A DNA stretch of 38,132 nucleotides from a virus (taxonomy: Duplodnaviria; Caudoviricetes). The position numbers and the translations under genes were made by a program. The stretch is taken from IMG/VR virus record IMGVR_UViG_3300014208_000082, positions 1-38,132 of that record. One strand, given 5' to 3'. Below are positions 9,072-17,930 of this stretch, piece by piece (position 1 is the stretch's first letter; each line of letters opens with the position of its first letter). The notes under the pieces were generated by a model. The model was not told where the DNA came from, did no database searches, and worked only from the letters and a program-made list of their open reading frames with translations.

Positions 9072-9332
9072 ATGGCATTTGCTACAACCACTTCAACTCA
9101 ACTAGGGCCTGCCCCAATTGGTCCTTACCGAATAATCTCTGGCACGTTTACTAACGGCGCTACGGATGTCGGTGGAGATATAACTACGGGCTTCAATGCT
9201 ATTATTGCATGTGGTGCGTGGATCACATCTCACATTGGTTCACAAAATCCTAAATTCACTGTTTCCGGCGGTACTATCACTCTTGTTACTGAATCTGGTA
9301 CTGACGGAAATTGGTGGGCTATAGGTCGATGA
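9072..9332 (+). CDS. small virion protein (possible capsid decoration)
   Basis: Gly/Thr-rich beta-type 86 aa protein after the capsid gene. Confidence 0.65.
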   Translation: MAFATTTSTQLGPAPIGPYRIISGTFTNGATDVGGDITTGFNAIIACGAWITSHIGSQNPKFTVSGGTITLVTESGTDGNWWAIGR

Positions 9333-9417
9333 GGAGAAGGAAACCTTATCAACTATGTTTGTGAGAGATGCCAGTTAGAAATAATGAGCCTACTTACAAA
9401 TATTAAACGAAAATAAA

Positions 9418-9879
9418 ATGCAAATTCAACAGGTAAATAGAACGGACGATGAGAAAGTATATCTCGTTGTCAACAACGTCAATGCTACAACTGCCACCAC
9501 TGGCTTTGGTATGCGTTGGGTTGGTGCTGCGGCCGCTGAGGTAGTTTCTACTGGGGGCGGGAAAGCAGTATTTAGCACTGATGCCACTATGGCACAGTTT
9601 GCCGGTATTGCAGCAGAAGACATTGCCGTCAATGCGTATGGAAGAGTAGTCGCTTACGGATTAGCTTCTGTGGCTTATTCTGCTGTTGCAGACGTTACAA
9701 TCGGAGTAGAGGGAATTGCTAAAGCCATCTTAAAAGGTGGCGGAGTCGCCGGAACATTTGTATCGGCAGGCGTTCCTCAAGCAAGTTCAGTTGCTATGTT
9801 CAAATATGTTTATGTCGTTGCTACGACTAACATTTCTGGTGGACAGCCAATTGGATCAGGATTTGTCAGAGGCCTCTAA
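9418..9879 (+). CDS. probable capsid cement/decoration protein
   Basis: Ala/Gly/Val-rich; FAGIAAEDIAVNAYGRVVAYG motif typical of cement proteins. Confidence 0.65.
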   Translation: MQIQQVNRTDDEKVYLVVNNVNATTATTGFGMRWVGAAAAEVVSTGGGKAVFSTDATMAQFAGIAAEDIAVNAYGRVVAYGLASVAYSAVADVTIGVEGIAKAILKGGGVAGTFVSAGVPQASSVAMFKYVYVVATTNISGGQPIGSGFVRGL

Positions 9880-9894
9880 GTAAATATTAAAAAT

Positions 9895-9921
9895 GGGACG
9901 GGGTATCTATGGCCCCGTCCC
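9895..9921 (+). terminator. GC-rich hairpin after the capsid genes (terminator or processing/stability element)
   Basis: GGGACGGGG / CCCCGTCCC 9-bp perfect stem; no U-tract on the + strand. Confidence 0.5.
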
Positions 9922-9932
9922 TAGAGAAGAAT

Positions 9933-10088
9933 ATGAATAAAATAAAATACTTTCGCTGTCACTATGATCATCGTATCGTTACTGATAGGATGATAAGTAA
10001 GGGAGCGTGTGTTGGTCATCAATTATCGGATGCTCATTATGTAAGTTTTTGGGAATGGGTATTAATAAAATTACATATTACAAGATAA
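9933..10088 (+). CDS. small hypothetical protein (51 aa)
   Basis: Hand-translated MNKIKYFRCHYDHRIVTDR...FWEWVLIKLHITR; fills the gap before the glycosyltransferase. Confidence 0.55.
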   Translation: MNKIKYFRCHYDHRIVTDRMISKGACVGHQLSDAHYVSFWEWVLIKLHITR

Positions 10089-10092
10089 TAAA

Positions 10093-10806
10093 ATGGGAGA
10101 AGGAAAAACAATTAATGTAGTAATAGGAGTGCCAACAAAGGGCACTACCGATGCTCCTGCCTATGATAATCATTTAGAATTACTGAATCATATAGGAAAA
10201 CTACAGGTAGCATCACAACTTGGTCTCCATGAAGTAGATGGGGATATTTTTGATTATCCTGATGGAGTTAAATTTAAATTTCACTTAGTTACTATTCCCA
10301 GAGTATTTCCGGCATTAGCTCGTGAAAAAATTGCAGAAACAGCACGGGATATGAAGGCTCAATATTTATTTATGTTTGATGATGATATGCTGGTTATGCC
10401 TGATTTATTTGAAAGACTATTTAAACATCAAAAGGATATAGTCGCTGCACTTGCCTTCACACGTCTTTCACCCTATAGCCCTGTAATTTATCGTTTAAAT
10501 AAAGGGTGGGACGGGGTAGAGAAGAAAGATTATTATCTGAATGTTACGGTCAATGATTATCCAAAAGACCAATTAGTGGAGTGTGATGCTGTAGGATTTG
10601 GAGCGGTTTTAATAAATATGTCTATTTTAAATAAAATGAAACAGCCGTGGTTTATGACTACATCAGGAGCCGGTGAAGATATACATTTTTCCCATTGTGC
10701 TGGTCGGGTTGGGGCACATATTTTTGTTGATACGGCAACTAAGATAGGACACTTAGGGGAAAGGGTAGTTATTACTGAAGAAACTTTTGAATCACAACCA
10801 AAATGA
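10093..10806 (+). CDS. GT-A fold glycosyltransferase
   Basis: VVIGVP, AREKIA, YLFMFDDDM (DxD), CDAVGFGAVLI, GEDIHF, IGH. Confidence 0.85.
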   Translation: MGEGKTINVVIGVPTKGTTDAPAYDNHLELLNHIGKLQVASQLGLHEVDGDIFDYPDGVKFKFHLVTIPRVFPALAREKIAETARDMKAQYLFMFDDDMLVMPDLFERLFKHQKDIVAALAFTRLSPYSPVIYRLNKGWDGVEKKDYYLNVTVNDYPKDQLVECDAVGFGAVLINMSILNKMKQPWFMTTSGAGEDIHFSHCAGRVGAHIFVDTATKIGHLGERVVITEETFESQPK

Positions 10807-11462
10807 AACTAAATGAATTTTTAAAAGAATTGCCTAGTATAATGATGAGCGATAACGATGACGCTCGCTTTGAGGCACTGCGATTGATTTGTAGAGGTAT
10901 GGCCTCGGCAAGACTAGGTAAGATTATCCATTATGCCTGCAAACACTTAGACAATAAAACTGAAACGTATGTGGAGCAGGGAACGTGGACTGGTTTTACA
11001 CTGGCTTCGGCAGGTTTGGACTCAAACAATTCTGTGATAGGAATCGATCCGTATGATTTGGAATATGGCAATGAAAAATTGAATGAGCATGGAAAGAAAT
11101 TAATGGAACAGAATATGAGAACTTTTGAAACTCCAGCATTTGTATTACAATCAGATTTCCGTAAAATAGTCTGGGATGACCCGAAAACAATTGGAGTTTT
11201 GTTTATAGATGCTGACCACACATATCAGGATGTTATTGATGGATTAGTTTGGGCTGAACCGCATTTATCTAAAGAGGCAATTATTATTTTTGATGATTTT
11301 ACTACAAAAGGGAAAGAAGATAATGCTAAAGAAGTATCAGAAGCTATTACAGATTGGCTTAAAGAACATTCAAAATATCGTTTGGAAGCGTGTATCCGTG
11401 GGGTAAAACCAGACAGATACGTTGGGAATGGATTTGCTATTATTAGTTATAAAAATATATGA
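10803..11462 (+). CDS. class I SAM-dependent methyltransferase (Methyltransf_24-like)
   Basis: YVEQGTWTGFT, IGID, LFIDADHTY, IIIFDD. Confidence 0.85.
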   Translation: MKLNEFLKELPSIMMSDNDDARFEALRLICRGMASARLGKIIHYACKHLDNKTETYVEQGTWTGFTLASAGLDSNNSVIGIDPYDLEYGNEKLNEHGKKLMEQNMRTFETPAFVLQSDFRKIVWDDPKTIGVLFIDADHTYQDVIDGLVWAEPHLSKEAIIIFDDFTTKGKEDNAKEVSEAITDWLKEHSKYRLEACIRGVKPDRYVGNGFAIISYKNI

Positions 11463-12688
11463 CCGAGCCAGTTTCTATTTTAATACCAAGTTACGATAAT
11501 GTTGAGCAACTTCGTGCATGCCTGCAATCAATAATTAATTCAGGTAGTGCTTACCCTGTAGATATTATTGTTATTAACAATGGCAAAGCTCCCTTAGACC
11601 AGATGTTTAAAGGCTGGCCAATAAAGATTATCAATCCAGGTGAAAATTTGGGTTGGGAGGGTGGGTTAAAAGAAGGATTAAAACATACTACTTCAAAATA
11701 TGTAATGTTTGCCAATGATGACATTTTTATACCCCGTTCATCTTTCCACTGGTTGCAGAATATGACAAGATTACTGGAAAGTCGTCCCGATGTTGGGGCA
11801 GTCGGCCCATCAAGTAATGTAGTTATGGGACCACAAAATATATTCCTACAACCATATAATCAAATGTTTCAAGTGCAATTCTTGATAGGTTTTTGTGTAT
11901 TATTCCGCAGGTCCGCCCTGGATGATATAGGTGGTATTGACGATACTTTGCCAGGTGGTGATGATATTGATTATTCTATCCGTTTGCGTTTGAAGAAGTG
12001 GAAAATGGCTGTCTTAAATGATGTGTTTGTTTATCATCATGGTTTTCAAACAGGTATTAGATTACATGGCGATCATACAAAACCGAATGGATGGAACTCT
12101 CAAGAAATGACTGAACGGACAAACGCTGCACTTATTAAAAAGCACGGATTTCTCAACTGGTGGGAAACCATGACCCCGCAATCTCATCCAGGAGAAGAAA
12201 GTGTCGAAAAAGATAAAGAGGGGGAGGCAATAAAAGAGTTAGTATCTGGTGAAACAGTTGAACTTGGTTGTGGTGCGACCAAGACTGTCCCAGATGCACT
12301 GGGAGTTGACCGTGTTCCTAAAGGAGAAGTGATACCCTGGATGCAGGAAGCAATATCAGTAGCGGACGTAGTGGCGGATGTCAGTGAGCCATTGCCTTTT
12401 GAAGATGGACAATTTGACACATTGATTGCCAGGCATGTTCTTGAGCATTGCTTGGACACCATTACAATATTAAAAGAATGGGCAAGAATAGTTAAGGCTG
12501 GCGGTAAATTACTTATTGCTGTGCCTAATCAAAAACTACAGGATAGCATTACACTTAATCCTGAACACTTACACGCCTTTACGCCGGGATCGTTGCGTAT
12601 TTTAGGTGAAGCATCCGGATTAATATATAAAGAAACAATAGATCCTGATAACGCACATTCATTTATAATTAATTTTGAGAAGGCATGA
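11459..12688 (+). CDS. GT2 glycosyltransferase fused to a C-terminal SAM methyltransferase
   Basis: VSILIPSY, FANDD, GGIDD...GDDIDY..R, HHG; then VELGCG, PLPFEDGQFD, HVLEH, GGKLLIAVP. Confidence 0.9.
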   Translation: MTEPVSILIPSYDNVEQLRACLQSIINSGSAYPVDIIVINNGKAPLDQMFKGWPIKIINPGENLGWEGGLKEGLKHTTSKYVMFANDDIFIPRSSFHWLQNMTRLLESRPDVGAVGPSSNVVMGPQNIFLQPYNQMFQVQFLIGFCVLFRRSALDDIGGIDDTLPGGDDIDYSIRLRLKKWKMAVLNDVFVYHHGFQTGIRLHGDHTKPNGWNSQEMTERTNAALIKKHGFLNWWETMTPQSHPGEESVEKDKEGEAIKELVSGETVELGCGATKTVPDALGVDRVPKGEVIPWMQEAISVADVVADVSEPLPFEDGQFDTLIARHVLEHCLDTITILKEWARIVKAGGKLLIAVPNQKLQDSITLNPEHLHAFTPGSLRILGEASGLIYKETIDPDNAHSFIINFEKA

Positions 12689-13599
12689 AAAAATTACGCA
12701 TAGCTACATATTTTGAAAATCGGATGGGGAGGAATGATGGCGCTCCTTTGTATTATAAGGTGGCTTTAGAATCTTTGGGACATGAAGTAATACATTTCAC
12801 TTCCGAAGATACAGGTGATTTAGATAGATTCGGAAAGTTTGATTTACATTTATGGGTCGATTGGGGAGAAGACGGTTTAGACTTGCCCTACAAACCAATG
12901 GAAAAAATACCATCACCATCTGTCTACATACCCTGTGATACGCACATAACTGACGCAGGACGCGATTATAGGTTCAAAAGGGCTGATGGTGCGGATTGGG
13001 TGTTTTTTAATCAAAAACGGGGTATGGATGAATATTTGGCATTACACCCTGAACGTAAAGATAGAGTGTTCTGGTTGCCGTGTGCTGTAGAACCAAAAGC
13101 ATATCCTAACAAACCAGTGGCATTAAAAACTTACGATGTATGCTTTGTTGGGTTTGTTACTTTCAGAAAGAGAGCTGAAATGTTAGATAGAATGTTGAGA
13201 GAATTTCCTAATCATTTTTATGGACAAAAATTTTCCAGGTGGATTTATGGCGAACCGGCAGGAGGATTGGATACGGCAGATATATTCAGAAAATCTAAGA
13301 TTGTTTTTAATACCGCAGCAGTTGACGATTTTAATATGAGAGTGGGAGAAGCTATGGCTACTGGGTCATTTCTTTTAACTGAATGGGTTCCTCATATTGA
13401 TGAATTATTTGAAGACGGAAAACATCTAGTAACCTACAAAACAATGGATGAAGCAGTAGAAAAAGCACATTATTATTTAGAGCATGAAACTGAACGGGAG
13501 GCCATCGCTAAAGCAGGTATGGAACATACTCTAGCCAATCACACTTATGAAATAAGGGCTAAAAAATTATTATCAACTATTTTCCCCGAAAAAATATGA
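12685..13599 (+). CDS. GT-B glycosyltransferase (CgeB / Glyco_trans_1_2-like)
   Basis: YDVCFVG, SKIVFN, NMRVGEAMATGSFLLT, LFEDGKHLVTY, REAIAKAG...HTYEIR. Confidence 0.9.
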   Translation: MKKLRIATYFENRMGRNDGAPLYYKVALESLGHEVIHFTSEDTGDLDRFGKFDLHLWVDWGEDGLDLPYKPMEKIPSPSVYIPCDTHITDAGRDYRFKRADGADWVFFNQKRGMDEYLALHPERKDRVFWLPCAVEPKAYPNKPVALKTYDVCFVGFVTFRKRAEMLDRMLREFPNHFYGQKFSRWIYGEPAGGLDTADIFRKSKIVFNTAAVDDFNMRVGEAMATGSFLLTEWVPHIDELFEDGKHLVTYKTMDEAVEKAHYYLEHETEREAIAKAGMEHTLANHTYEIRAKKLLSTIFPEKI

Positions 13600-13742
13600 T
13601 AATTGAATTAACCGAAAAACAGGCATCAATTTTACTTTACCTGATTAATGAAAGTAACTGGAAAGGTGAAGGCGTTGAAATTGCTCAGGAATTAAAAAAA
13701 ATATTAACTCCAAAGGAAAACCCTAAGGAAGAAAGAAAATAA
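13596..13742 (+). CDS. small hypothetical protein (48 aa)
   Basis: Hand-translated MIIELTEKQASILLYLINE...; ATGA-coupled. Confidence 0.55.
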   Translation: MIIELTEKQASILLYLINESNWKGEGVEIAQELKKILTPKENPKEERK

Positions 13743-13746
13743 ATAT

Positions 13747-14010
13747 ATGCCAAAAGGTATTAAAAAGGAAAAACCAGTTTACTCTTCATGCACTACTGAC
13801 TTTGATCAAGTAGCGCTGTTTAACCAATTATTTGCTAATTTAGTCGAGCGTTCCAGGGATAAAAGTATAGCTGAAATGTTGGATTATATTCTACAGGACG
13901 GAGGAATTGGGATGGATAATAAAATGCTTATGGAAAGAGTGAATAAACTGGGTATGCGTATGGATTTATATACCCCTACCCCAAATGAGAATAAAAAACC
14001 AGAAATATAA
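13747..14010 (+). CDS. hypothetical protein
   Basis: 87 aa ORF in operon. Confidence 0.6.
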   Translation: MPKGIKKEKPVYSSCTTDFDQVALFNQLFANLVERSRDKSIAEMLDYILQDGGIGMDNKMLMERVNKLGMRMDLYTPTPNENKKPEI

Positions 14011-14015
14011 TGTTC

Positions 14016-14043
14016 TTGCGTAATTTATTGGTAGTGTTATAAT
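14016..14043 (+). promoter_or_regulatory. sigma70-type promoter for the tail module
   Basis: TTGCGT-16 bp-TATAAT with extended TG. Confidence 0.6.
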
Positions 14044-14091
14044 GATTTTAGAGAAGGAAATCATACCTTCTTATTTTTAATGTAAAAAATT

Positions 14092-14391
14092 ATGGCTTAT
14101 GAATCTCGGTCAAAGTCTTCGGGCGTATTAGCGGTTGGTACGGCTACATCAGTCAGTACGACCCCTTGTTTGGTAACTGCAATTACTTTACGAGTGGGAA
14201 CAACGGCTACATCGTTATCGTTATTGGATAATGCGGTTTCACAATGGATTATTTCAAATGTCGCAGTAACAGCGGCCGGAGATACAACTATTAGCATGAC
14301 GTTCCCTCATGGTTTAATTTTTTCAACAAACTTGACCATGACACTAGCTGGCACAAATGCAACGGCATATATTGCTTATCAGCCCTTGTGA
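14092..14391 (+). CDS. small beta-rich virion-associated protein
   Basis: Thr/Ser/Ala-rich 99 aa protein preceding the adaptor. Confidence 0.65.
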   Translation: MAYESRSKSSGVLAVGTATSVSTTPCLVTAITLRVGTTATSLSLLDNAVSQWIISNVAVTAAGDTTISMTFPHGLIFSTNLTMTLAGTNATAYIAYQPL

Positions 14392-14422
14392 AATTAATTT
14401 GGCTGGAGTAATGAAATAAAAC

Positions 14423-15154
14423 GTGGCAAACCTTACTACATATCAGGATATAGAAAATGCGATTTATGACCGATTTGATGATAGTTCTGCCGAAACAGTC
14501 GTTACCGTAAGACGTGAAATAACTGCTACTCTCAGGCGCATCTGGTCGATGCCGATAAATTGGAAATTCGCAAAATCAACAGGGACAATTAACACTGTGG
14601 ACACAACTACAAACTATTCGCTTGCTAGTGATTTTGGTTATGGAAGACTTTATGATGTTATAAATACGACATCTAAAGTAAGGATGAGTTATTGGCCGGA
14701 CAGAGATTTAGATTCATCACAACCTGCTTATAGTACAACAGGTTCTCCTTACGCTTATAAAATTTGGGGATCAACATCTGGTACTCAAGATATTCAACCT
14801 TATCCAATCCCTGACGGAGTTTATGTTATTACATATAAATATTATCGTTTACCGGTAATAGTAGACCTAGAAACAGTAAGTACACAACCTGCCAACGATG
14901 CCCTAGAACCAGATTTACCTACCGAGTTTCGTGAATTACTTGTACTTAATCCACTCATAGAACTTTACAAAAAGGATGCAAACCCTTTAGCAAATGTAAC
15001 ACAAATTCAGTTCGATAATTTAATTGCACAAATGCAACAGAGATATTCAGATGAACCGGATATTTTACATGTTATGAAAAGTGAAGATGATAATGTAAAT
15101 ATGACGGGTCCTAATTTAACAATGCCTGCCAATTTCGGTCCGAATGTTGATTGA
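14423..15154 (+). CDS. head-tail adaptor (tail tubular protein A-like)
   Basis: NWKF, YSLASDF, GSPYAY, PYPIPDGVYVITYKYY, DLPTEFRELL pattern; position before the nozzle. Confidence 0.75.
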   Translation: MANLTTYQDIENAIYDRFDDSSAETVVTVRREITATLRRIWSMPINWKFAKSTGTINTVDTTTNYSLASDFGYGRLYDVINTTSKVRMSYWPDRDLDSSQPAYSTTGSPYAYKIWGSTSGTQDIQPYPIPDGVYVITYKYYRLPVIVDLETVSTQPANDALEPDLPTEFRELLVLNPLIELYKKDANPLANVTQIQFDNLIAQMQQRYSDEPDILHVMKSEDDNVNMTGPNLTMPANFGPNVD

Positions 15155-15157
15155 TAC

Positions 15158-15193
15158 GAGCCTACTACTGATACCTTCTCCGGTAGTAGGTTC
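15158..15193 (+). terminator. 13-bp hairpin (terminator or processing site)
   Basis: GAGCCTACTACTG / CGGTAGTAGGTTC with loop ATACCTTCTC. Confidence 0.55.
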
Positions 15194-15209
15194 ATATTAA
15201 TATATTAAT

Positions 15210-17216
15210 ATGCAAAGACCACTACCACCAATATCTCCTGCTGAATTAAGAACTTTTTCAATAAATAATCTGGCGGGTGGCTGGAATGAAAATACAAATC
15301 AGGATTCGATTTCGGATACTGAAATTTCAGATGGCAGAAATGTAGAAATTACTGGTGATGACACAATAGAACCACGCAAGGGTATTTCAATTCGTGGTAA
15401 TTATCTTGGCAATACAACAAAAATACTGGGGATGGAAGAATATGTAAAACCCAGCACTGGGGCAAGAAAACTTGTTTGTGCTTATAATACCGATGCTTAT
15501 GTATTAAATGTTGATTGGGAACCCGCAGGACTAACTTTAACAACCAATAAGCCCGCTGAATTTGCCAACTTCCTGGACAGGTTGTATATGACAAATAAAG
15601 GCAATACAGAGGCAGGGGCTTTGGGAGTAACTTATTTTGACGGCACTACATGGACACAAGTAACGGGATTTCCTAAAGCGGCTGCAACGTCATCTGATAC
15701 TGCGGCGGGTCTTTGTGTTTATAAAGAAAGACTAATAGCCTGGAATACAGTTAATAATCCCAGAAGAGTTTACTATTCCGGTCAAAATGCTCACACAATA
15801 GGAGCTAATGACTATTTTGATGTTGATGAACCCGTAGTAGTATGTGTTCCATTATTTGATTATTTACTTGTATTTACTGAAAATAAAATATATCGAATCG
15901 GATCGTTTATATTTACTAATATTGCTTTTGAACCTAACAGCATAATACCTCTACCGACACAAATCGGATGTATTGCTCAACGTACAGCAAAAGTAGTCGG
16001 GCAGTTTTGTTATTTTATTTCAAAAGTGGGATTAATGAGAACTGACGGATTAAACGTACAAAATATTTCAGATGCAAAAGTAAAGGACTATTTAGGTTCA
16101 ACTGTATCAAGAACTATTTTGACAAATTCCTGTGCGGGAGTGGACAATCAATATTACCGCCTGCAATTATCGGTAGGTGGCACAGTACAAGATGAAATGC
16201 TGACTTATGATACAAATAGGAATATTTATTTTCCTAGAAGCGATAATTTTAATATATCTTGTTTTGCTACTTTTTCCGAAGCTAATGCGGTAGGATTTTA
16301 TGGTGGATCGGATACGGATGGCACTATTTTAAAATTTGGACAAAGTACTTATGCCGATGAATTAGTAACTGCCTCATCTTTGACTGCCGCAACCACAAAT
16401 AATGCCATTGATGCGGCATCTGGTGCTGTAAAAAGATGCGCTCAAAGTTTTACTCTTTCTAATATGGAAACTTTGACACAAGTGGCTTTATCCTTGAAAA
16501 AAAACGCTGGCACTACAACAGGATTAACTGTACGAATAGAAACTGACGATTCTGGAAAACCATCAGGCACACTTGCTGATTCCGATGCTACAGGTACTAT
16601 TACGGCGTTCGCGGGTACAACCTACTTATTTAAACACGTTGTATTTGCTAGTAGTTTTTCACTTGTTCCAGGTACTTACTGGATTGTTTGCCAACACACT
16701 ACCGAGGGAGCGGGTAATTCGCAATATTATTGGGGTAGTGATTCTGCGGGAGCATACACAGGAGGAAATCTTGCTACCTACGCTTCATCTGCATGGACAG
16801 CAGTAGCCGCTCATGACGGTCTATTTCTTGTTTATTATCAAAGTGGATATGAGAAATATTTTATTACAAAGGGTTATCCGCTTGGTTATCCTCAGTTTCA
16901 AAAAATAGTAAAACGTGTCTTTATTGAATTGGAATCTTCAGGGAACTACTTTGCTACCGTCGGAATTAACACCGACTTGTATACATCATTTAAAGATGTA
17001 ATGGTTTCATTATTAGGCAATTCACCGATTCGTGGTTCTAGTTTAACTAGAGGAGCTTTTACCAGAGGCACTCAATTAAAAGCTAATACATTTGTTCGTT
17101 TTTCAGGTACTAGAGGTAGACGAATTAAACTACGGGTATATAATAATACTGCTGGACAGAAGTTTACCTTCCATTCAGCTGTTTTAAATTATATTGTTAA
17201 AAAAATAGCTAGATAA
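15210..17216 (+). CDS. tail nozzle / tubular protein B-like with an inserted beta-sandwich
   Basis: GGWN...NV...RKG N-terminus, RVYYS, GCIA, FITKGYPLG..K C-terminus; 668 aa. Confidence 0.75.
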   Translation: MQRPLPPISPAELRTFSINNLAGGWNENTNQDSISDTEISDGRNVEITGDDTIEPRKGISIRGNYLGNTTKILGMEEYVKPSTGARKLVCAYNTDAYVLNVDWEPAGLTLTTNKPAEFANFLDRLYMTNKGNTEAGALGVTYFDGTTWTQVTGFPKAAATSSDTAAGLCVYKERLIAWNTVNNPRRVYYSGQNAHTIGANDYFDVDEPVVVCVPLFDYLLVFTENKIYRIGSFIFTNIAFEPNSIIPLPTQIGCIAQRTAKVVGQFCYFISKVGLMRTDGLNVQNISDAKVKDYLGSTVSRTILTNSCAGVDNQYYRLQLSVGGTVQDEMLTYDTNRNIYFPRSDNFNISCFATFSEANAVGFYGGSDTDGTILKFGQSTYADELVTASSLTAATTNNAIDAASGAVKRCAQSFTLSNMETLTQVALSLKKNAGTTTGLTVRIETDDSGKPSGTLADSDATGTITAFAGTTYLFKHVVFASSFSLVPGTYWIVCQHTTEGAGNSQYYWGSDSAGAYTGGNLATYASSAWTAVAAHDGLFLVYYQSGYEKYFITKGYPLGYPQFQKIVKRVFIELESSGNYFATVGINTDLYTSFKDVMVSLLGNSPIRGSSLTRGAFTRGTQLKANTFVRFSGTRGRRIKLRVYNNTAGQKFTFHSAVLNYIVKKIAR

Positions 17217-17234
17217 ATAAGTAAAAAAAATACT

Positions 17235-17750
17235 ATGTCATTCATACCTGCGTTAAATCAAATTATTGCTGGAAATTCCGATGATCCGTCACGGGATATG
17301 TCAAATTGGAATAATATTGTAAATATCGTCAACGGCCAGTTAGGAAATGTTAATTTTGGTACGACTGATGTTCTCGCCATTTCTAAAACAGCTTTAGGGA
17401 CGTATACAGCTCCGGCTACTTGGACATCAAATCCAAGCGGTTGGACTGGGGCGGTTACTACAGTCGCAAGATATTCCCAAATAGGGAAATGGGTGAATGT
17501 TGTACTTTCATTTGTCGGAACGTCAAACCAAACTTATGCCACCTTTGCCTTGCCCGTTGCCAGTAATCAAACTATCGCCGTCCCAATAGCAAGAGCGATG
17601 GATAATGACGTATATCTTAATGGCAATCCTTGGATGCAACTAACTGCTGGCTCTACAACGGTTACTTGTTATTCTACTGGCGCTGGAGGAGTATGGACAG
17701 CGGCTTTAGGTAAATACATTTATGCGGCATTTGGTTACGAAGTAGCGTGA
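17235..17750 (+). CDS. short tail fibre / receptor-binding protein
   Basis: N-terminal NWNNIVNIVNG anchor; C-terminal ARYSQIGKWV...FALPV fibre-head pattern. Confidence 0.65.
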   Translation: MSFIPALNQIIAGNSDDPSRDMSNWNNIVNIVNGQLGNVNFGTTDVLAISKTALGTYTAPATWTSNPSGWTGAVTTVARYSQIGKWVNVVLSFVGTSNQTYATFALPVASNQTIAVPIARAMDNDVYLNGNPWMQLTAGSTTVTCYSTGAGGVWTAALGKYIYAAFGYEVA

Positions 17751-17911
17751 CGAAATGGCGACAGTATTGGGTAACAGAGTCATCAAAAACAGTTGATGGT
17801 AAGAGTAAACATATTCACTACAAATATCATAAGACTCGTGAAGCTGCTGTTAATGACTACGACCAAATGGCAAAAAAGTTTTATGGAAAATTTGCTCTAA
17901 TCAACACCTAA
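17747..17911 (+). CDS. stand-alone divergent AP2-like DNA-binding domain (54 aa, GTG start)
   Basis: Hand-translated TKWRQYW...VDGKSKHI...TREAAVNDYDQMAKKFYGKFALIN. Confidence 0.55.
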   Translation: MTKWRQYWVTESSKTVDGKSKHIHYKYHKTREAAVNDYDQMAKKFYGKFALINT

Positions 17912-17930
17912 AATAATAAACTAAATAACT

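Noticed and set aside
9894-10518. 12-nt repeat TGGGACGGGGTA in the hairpin and in the GT gene
   Set aside because: Single 12-mer matches are expected by chance in 38 kb, and the second copy is ordinary coding sequence
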